DNA of 64,000 nucleotides from an uncultured Candidatus Binatia bacterium (GTDB lineage Bacteria; Desulfobacterota; Binatia; UBA9968; JAJDTQ01): NCBI GenBank assembly GCA_965215605.1, contig OZ244070.1, positions 704,001 to 768,000 of the forward strand, read 5' to 3'. Shown piece by piece: positions 58,208 to 64,000 of this stretch (position 1 is its first letter; each line of letters starts with the position of its first letter). The notes under the pieces were generated by a model. It saw only the letters and a program-made list of their open reading frames with translations, ran no database searches and was not told where the DNA came from. The position numbers and the translations under genes were made by a program.

Positions 58208-59465
58208 GGTTCACCCTTCGCACGTCCGCGCCCAGACGGGAGAGCTTGCCTTCGATGTCCTCGTAGCCCCGGTCCAGGTGGTACACCCGCGACACCTCGG
58301 TGACGCCCCCGGCCACCAGGCCCGCCAGCACCAGCGACACGCTCGCCCGCAGGTCCGTGGCCATCACCGGCGCGCCGGAGAGCGCCGCCACCCCCCGGAC
58401 CGTGGCGCTGATGACGTCGAGGGCGATCCGGGCGCCCATCCGGTTGAGTTCCTGGACGTGCATGAACCGGTTGTCGAAGATGTTCTCGGTGATCACGCTG
58501 GCGCCGTCCGAGACCGCCATCAGCACCATCATCTGCGCCTGTAGATCGGTGGGGAAGCCCGGATACGGCCGCGTGGCCACATCGGTGCTGTGCGCCCTGC
58601 CGTTGCCGGTCACCCGGACCCCCCCGGGCTCCTCCGCCACCCGCGCGCCGGTCTCCCGCAGCTTGGCGATGAAGGCCTCGAGGTGGGCGGCGCGGGCATC
58701 CTCGATCAGGACGTTGCCGCCGGTGAGCGCCGCCCCCACCATGAACGTGCCAGCCTCGATCCGGTCCGGGCTCATCTCGTGGCACACGCCGTGAAGCTCG
58801 CCAACGCCCTCTATGCGGATCACGTCGCCGCCGGCCCCGGTGACCCTGGCGCCCATCTTCGCCAGCACGTCGGCCAGCTCGGCGATCTCCGGCTCGCGGG
58901 CGGCGTTCCGGATCACCGTCTCCCCGCGGGCCAGGGTCGCGGCCATCATGAGATTCTCGGTGGCACCCACGGAAGGGAAGCCGAGATCGATGACCGCTCC
59001 CTTGAGCTCCTTCGCCCGGGCCTCGATGTAGCCGTGGTCCTGGCGAATGCGCGCGCCCATGCGCTCCATTCCCTGGAGGTGCAGGTCCACCGGCCGCGAA
59101 CCGATGGCGCAGCCGCCGGGGGTGGACACACGGGCCTGGCCGAACCGCGCCAGCAGCGGCCCCAGCACCAGGAAAGAAGCGCGCATGGTCTTCACCAGGT
59201 CGTAGGGGGCCTCAAGCTCCCGGACCTTGTCCGCGGTGAGCTCCACGGGTCCGCCGGCCACCACGTCCTTCTCGATGGTCACCCCCAGGCGCCCGAGCAA
59301 CCGCAGGGTCGTGTTGACGTCACGAAGCGCCGGCACCCGGCCGTAGGAGCACTTGTCGGCGGTCAGAAGCGACGAGATGATCACCGGGAGCGCCGCGTTC
59401 TTGGATCCGCCGAGGGCTACCGACCCTTCGAGAACCGTCCCGCCGTTGATGATGATGCTGTCCAA
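58197..59465 (-). CDS. murA: UDP-N-acetylglucosamine 1-carboxyvinyltransferase
   Basis: [42 protein letters not shown]. Confidence 0.97.
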
Positions 59466-59486
59466 CCCCTCGACTCCGTGTTGGTG

Positions 59487-60485
59487 TCAGACGCCCGGCA
59501 TCCGTTCCGCGGTCACCACCCGCGGAAGCCCGGCGTAGTCCCGCCGCATCCCGACCCGGTGGAGCTTCTCCTGAGCCCGGAACAGCCCCGAGACGTCGGA
59601 GCCCTGCTCCGCCCCCACCTCCACCGCCAGCATGCCGCCGGCCCGAAGGTGGCGGACTCCGCCGCGGACGAGCCTCCGGCAGAAGTCCATGCCGTCGCCG
59701 CCGCCGTCCAGCGCCAGGAGCGGCTCCCAGTCCCGCACGTCACGCTGCAGCCCGGCGATCGCACCGCTGGGGACATAGGGCGGATTCGACACCAGCACGT
59801 CGAACCATCCGGGCAACCCCTGCACCGGCGCGAACAGGTCCCCCCGGCGCCAACGAATCCGATCGCCGAGACCGTGCCGGGCCGCGTTCTCCCGGGCGAC
59901 CTCCAGGGCCGGCGCGGATACGTCCGTGGCCCAGACCTCCGCCCGCGCGCATTCCTTCGCCAGGGAGACCGCGACCGCGCCGCTTCCCGTGCCGATCTCC
60001 AGGATGCGGCACGGGCCGCGGCGCGCGGCCAGGAAATCCAGCACCGTCTGCACCAAGTGCTCAGTTTCCGGCCGGGGAATCAGCACATCCGGCGTCACCC
60101 GGAAATCCAGCGACCAGAACTCCTGCGCCCCGGTCACGTAGGCCACGGGCTCGGCCCGGACCCGCCGGGACACCAGTTCCTCGAACCGTTGGGCCTGCAC
60201 GCCCTGCAACGCACCCTCCGGGTTGCGGTAGAGATCTTCCCTCGACCACCCGAGCGCCTTCATCAACAGCACCTCGGCGTCGAGTTTCGGCGTGCCCATG
60301 CCAGCCTCCCGGAGCCGGGCGGCCGCGCGCCGCCGGGCGGCCGCGACAGTGTCCGCTTTCCCGGCTGCCTCTCCGTCATTCCCGCGGAAGCCGGAGTCCA
60401 GGGGTTGTGGCGGCCGTGCTTCCCCGCCGCACCCCTCCTGGATTCCCGCTTCCGCGGGAATGACGTTTGCGGGCGGCTGCGCCAT
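59487..60485 (-). CDS. prmC: Release factor glutamine methyltransferase, with N-terminal repeat-derived insertion
   Basis: LIPRPETE, EIGTGSG, SNPPY, ALDGG.DG. Confidence 0.93.
   Translation of the reverse strand: MAQPPANVIPAEAGIQEGCGGEARPPQPLDSGFRGNDGEAAGKADTVAAARRRAAARLREAGMGTPKLDAEVLLMKALGWSREDLYRNPEGALQGVQAQRFEELVSRRVRAEPVAYVTGAQEFWSLDFRVTPDVLIPRPETEHLVQTVLDFLAARRGPCRILEIGTGSGAVAVSLAKECARAEVWATDVSAPALEVARENAARHGLGDRIRWRRGDLFAPVQGLPGWFDVLVSNPPYVPSGAIAGLQRDVRDWEPLLALDGGGDGMDFCRRLVRGGVRHLRAGGMLAVEVGAEQGSDVSGLFRAQEKLHRVGMRRDYAGLPRVVTAERMPGV
60374..60465. repeat. RPE/dRS3-like palindromic element inside the prmC 5' end
   Basis: cgtcattcccgcggaagccggagtccagggg...cctggattcccgcttccgcgggaatgacg. 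Confidence 0.85.
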
Positions 60486-60506
60486 TCTCCGATCAATCGT
60501 CCCGGA

Positions 60507-61577
<1,071 letters not shown>

Positions 61578-61591
61578 GGTTTGTCCTCTAC

Positions 61592-61639
61592 AAAAAGCAA
61601 AGGGGCAAAGGGAATTCGCGCCACCCTTTGCCCCTTTGC
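61592..61639 (-). terminator. Rho-independent terminator after rpmE
   Basis: 16-bp stem GCAAAGGGGCAAAGGG/CCCTTTGCCCCTTTGC followed by T5 on the minus strand. Confidence 0.8.
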
Positions 61640-61665
61640 CGTTGGAAGCCGGTCAGGAACGTCCC

Positions 61666-61869
61666 TCAGTCCTTGATACCGTATCTCCTCTTGAACTTCT
61701 CGACCCGGCCGGCGGTATCGAGGAGTTTCTGCTTGCCGGTATAGAACGGATGGCAGTTGGCGCAAATCTCGGTATGGATCGCCTTGGCGGTGGACCGTAC
61801 CTCGAAGGAGTGGCCGCAGGCGCACACCACGTTCACGAGCTGGTATTCGGGGTGAATTTCGGCTTTCAT
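61666..61869 (-). CDS. rpmE: 50S ribosomal protein L31 (Zn-binding form)
   Basis: [32 protein letters not shown]. Confidence 0.96.
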   Translation of the reverse strand: MKAEIHPEYQLVNVVCACGHSFEVRSTAKAIHTEICANCHPFYTGKQKLLDTAGRVEKFKRRYGIKD

Positions 61870-61947
61870 CGCAAACCTCAACTGAATCCGCATTTTATAG
61901 CATGAAGCCGGTGCATCGCCAAACCTCGCCACTCCGGTTTGCCCGTA

Positions 61948-61974
61948 CTGGGCGGGGGTCTGCAACCCGCCCAG
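61948..61974. repeat. REP-like hairpin/terminator after the acyl-CoA dehydrogenase gene
   Basis: ctgggcgggggtctgcaacccgcccag. Confidence 0.5.
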
Positions 61975-61975
61975 G

Positions 61976-63133
61976 CTAGGTGCCGTACTGGCGCAGCACG
62001 TGCCGCGCGATGACCATGCGCATGACCTCGGACGCGCCCTCGGTGATGAGCCGGCTGCGCTGGTCGCGGAACCAGTACTCGATGGGGAGGTCCGTGGTCA
62101 GCCCGATGCCGCCGTGGATCTGCAGAACCCGGTCCACCACTCGGAAGGACATCTCGTCGGCGTACACCTTGACCATGTAGCCCTCGTTGCGCATGTCCTC
62201 GCCCTGATCGTACTTCCAGGCCGCGTGGTAGACCATGAGCGTGGCGGCGTGAAGCTCGGTATAGGAGTCCGCGAGCTTGAACTGGATGGCCTGCCGCTCG
62301 GCCAGCGGCTTGCCGAAGGTGACCCGCTGCTTGGCGTACGCGGCGCCCATCTCGATGGCGCGCTGAGCCACGCCGATGGCACGCCCTCCGTGCTTGAGAC
62401 GGCCGATGCCGAGCCACTTCTGTCCGAGCTTGAACCCCTCGCCTTCCTCGCCGATCATGTTCGCCGCCGGCACCCGGCAGTTGTCGAAGACGATCTCGCA
62501 CGGCTCGTAGCCCATCATGGTCTTGTACTTGGCGGTGATCTTCACGCCCGGGTTGTCCATGTCCACGAGGATGCAGGAAATGCCGCCGTGGGAACCTTTC
62601 TCGGGATCGGTGGCCACCATCACCTGGGCGAAGTCGGCCTCGTCCGCATCGCTGATGAAACGCTTGACCCCGTTGATCACGTATTCGTCGCCGTCGCGCA
62701 CGGCGCGGGTGCGCATGGAGCCGGGGTCGGAGCCGGCGTCCGGCTCGGTCTGGGCGAAACAGGCGCGCTTCTCGTCCCGCAGCAGCGGGTAGAGGTAGCG
62801 GTCCTTCTGCTCCTCGTTCATGGCGTAGAGAACGGGCCTCACTTCCGGACCGAAGATGCTGCGGCCGCGGGAAGGGATGGCCACCGAACGGGCCACCTCC
62901 GCCCAGATGAGGACCTGGGCCAGAATGCTCAGGCCGGCGCCGCCGAACTCCTCGGGAACGTCCAGCTTCCACAACCCCATCTCCCGTGTCTTGGCCTCGA
63001 ACCGCTCGCGGTACTCGGGCTTGAGCATGACGCCGTCGCGGCACTCCATCTCCACCGGGATGAGTTCCTGGTCGACGAACTTCCGGACCGTGTCCTGCAG
63101 CATCTGCAGTTCTTCGGGTAGTGCGAAATCCAT
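61976..63133 (-). CDS. Acyl-CoA dehydrogenase family protein
   Basis: [42 protein letters not shown]. Confidence 0.94.
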   Translation of the reverse strand: MDFALPEELQMLQDTVRKFVDQELIPVEMECRDGVMLKPEYRERFEAKTREMGLWKLDVPEEFGGAGLSILAQVLIWAEVARSVAIPSRGRSIFGPEVRPVLYAMNEEQKDRYLYPLLRDEKRACFAQTEPDAGSDPGSMRTRAVRDGDEYVINGVKRFISDADEADFAQVMVATDPEKGSHGGISCILVDMDNPGVKITAKYKTMMGYEPCEIVFDNCRVPAANMIGEEGEGFKLGQKWLGIGRLKHGGRAIGVAQRAIEMGAAYAKQRVTFGKPLAERQAIQFKLADSYTELHAATLMVYHAAWKYDQGEDMRNEGYMVKVYADEMSFRVVDRVLQIHGGIGLTTDLPIEYWFRDQRSRLITEGASEVMRMVIARHVLRQYGT

Positions 63134-63167
63134 GAATCACTCCTTCTTGTCGCTAGTGTCCTGCTCC

Positions 63168-63214
63168 GTCATTCCCGGCGTCCCCTCGGTCATTCCCGCT
63201 TTCGGGGGAATGAC
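63168..63214. repeat. Degenerate RPE/dRS3-like element
   Basis: gtcattcccggcg...gtcattcccgctttcgggggaatgac. Confidence 0.7.
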
Positions 63215-63224
63215 ACCACGGCGG

Positions 63225-64000
63225 TCAACCGTGGTGGCTCAGAAACGGGATCAGCACGGCGGCCAGCTCGTCGGGCTTTTCCTGCTGCACGTGATGCCCG
63301 GTGCCGGGAATCTCCACCAGCGTCTTGTTCCTGAAGTGTTCGACCCGGTTGTAGCGGGGCGACTCCTTGTAGCCCGAGTCCGACCCGTAGACCAGCAGCG
63401 TCGGACAATCGATGCGTTCGATGAAGGCCTTGACCTGGGTTTCGGAAAACGACGAATACGACGGGTTGCGCGCCCGTGGATCGTATTTCCACACCCATCC
63501 GTGAGGGGTCAACCGCGTTCCGTGGCGCGCCATGTGCACGGCCGCCCGGTTGGGAATGAGCGGGAAACGCCTCACGATGGCGCCGGCGGCCTGGCCAACG
63601 GTCGCGTAGTAGGTCAGGATCGTGTCGGAACCGTCGTCCCTGGTCCAGCGCCCGAAGAGCTCCGGGGCCTCCTGTTCGGTCCGGCCGTAGGGGCCGGCGG
63701 CCTCGATGATCGCCAGCCGCTTGACCTTCTCCGGCAGGGCGCCGGCGAACACCACCGCCATGCTGCCCCCCAGGGAATGAGCCACCAGCGTCACGGCCTC
63801 CTTTTTCAGGTGCCGGAGCAAACCCACCACGTCGAGGACGAAGTCCTCGTGCCGGTAACCCCGCTCCCGGCCGACCCAGCCGCTGTCGCCGTGACCGCGG
63901 AGGTCGAGGGATACCACGTGGGGCAGGGTGAAACCCTCCTTGTCGAAGGACTCCAGCAGAAAGTCCCAACTGTGGCAGTGGTCCCGGTTGCCGTGGACGA
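63225..64000 (-). CDS. Alpha/beta hydrolase (5' end outside the window)
   Basis: VHGNRDHCHSWD at the window edge, DLRGHGDS, AHSLGG nucleophile elbow, TGHHV. Confidence 0.9.
   Translation of the reverse strand, partial: VHGNRDHCHSWDFLLESFDKEGFTLPHVVSLDLRGHGDSGWVGRERGYRHEDFVLDVVGLLRHLKKEAVTLVAHSLGGSMAVVFAGALPEKVKRLAIIEAAGPYGRTEQEAPELFGRWTRDDGSDTILTYYATVGQAAGAIVRRFPLIPNRAAVHMARHGTRLTPHGWVWKYDPRARNPSYSSFSETQVKAFIERIDCPTLLVYGSDSGYKESPRYNRVEHFRNKTLVEIPGTGHHVQQEKPDELAAVLIPFLSHHG

Overview
High-GC bacterial chromosome segment. The gene content suggests a deltaproteobacterium/Binatota-like organism, possibly host-associated (inference only). Housekeeping blocks: plsC-rnj-ftsK, hemH, nadK-recN-tRNA-Ala, tkt-tal-rpe, thyX, radC/moaC/trxB and rpmE-prfA-prmC-murA-hisDBHAF. 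Between them lie a nitrogen block (circularly permuted ATP-grasp/alpha-E/transglutaminase, then glnA-amtB), a five-gene RsbW/RsbV/REC-PP2C/binding-protein/histidine-kinase module, orphan redox and transport genes, and four tandem MFS genes. The most unusual item is a two-gene islet at 44.2-46.1 kb. It encodes an acidic 223-aa protein with a (Gly-Cys)13-Ser-Cys-Ser-Cys tract written in mixed synonymous codons, followed by a structured spacer and a secreted Sel1-repeat protein. The window also shows several families of small palindromic or mobile elements, one of them inserted in frame into prmC, and several gene stubs (BrnT, DUF1800, AAA ATPase). All product calls come from recognising motifs by eye; no database searches were run.
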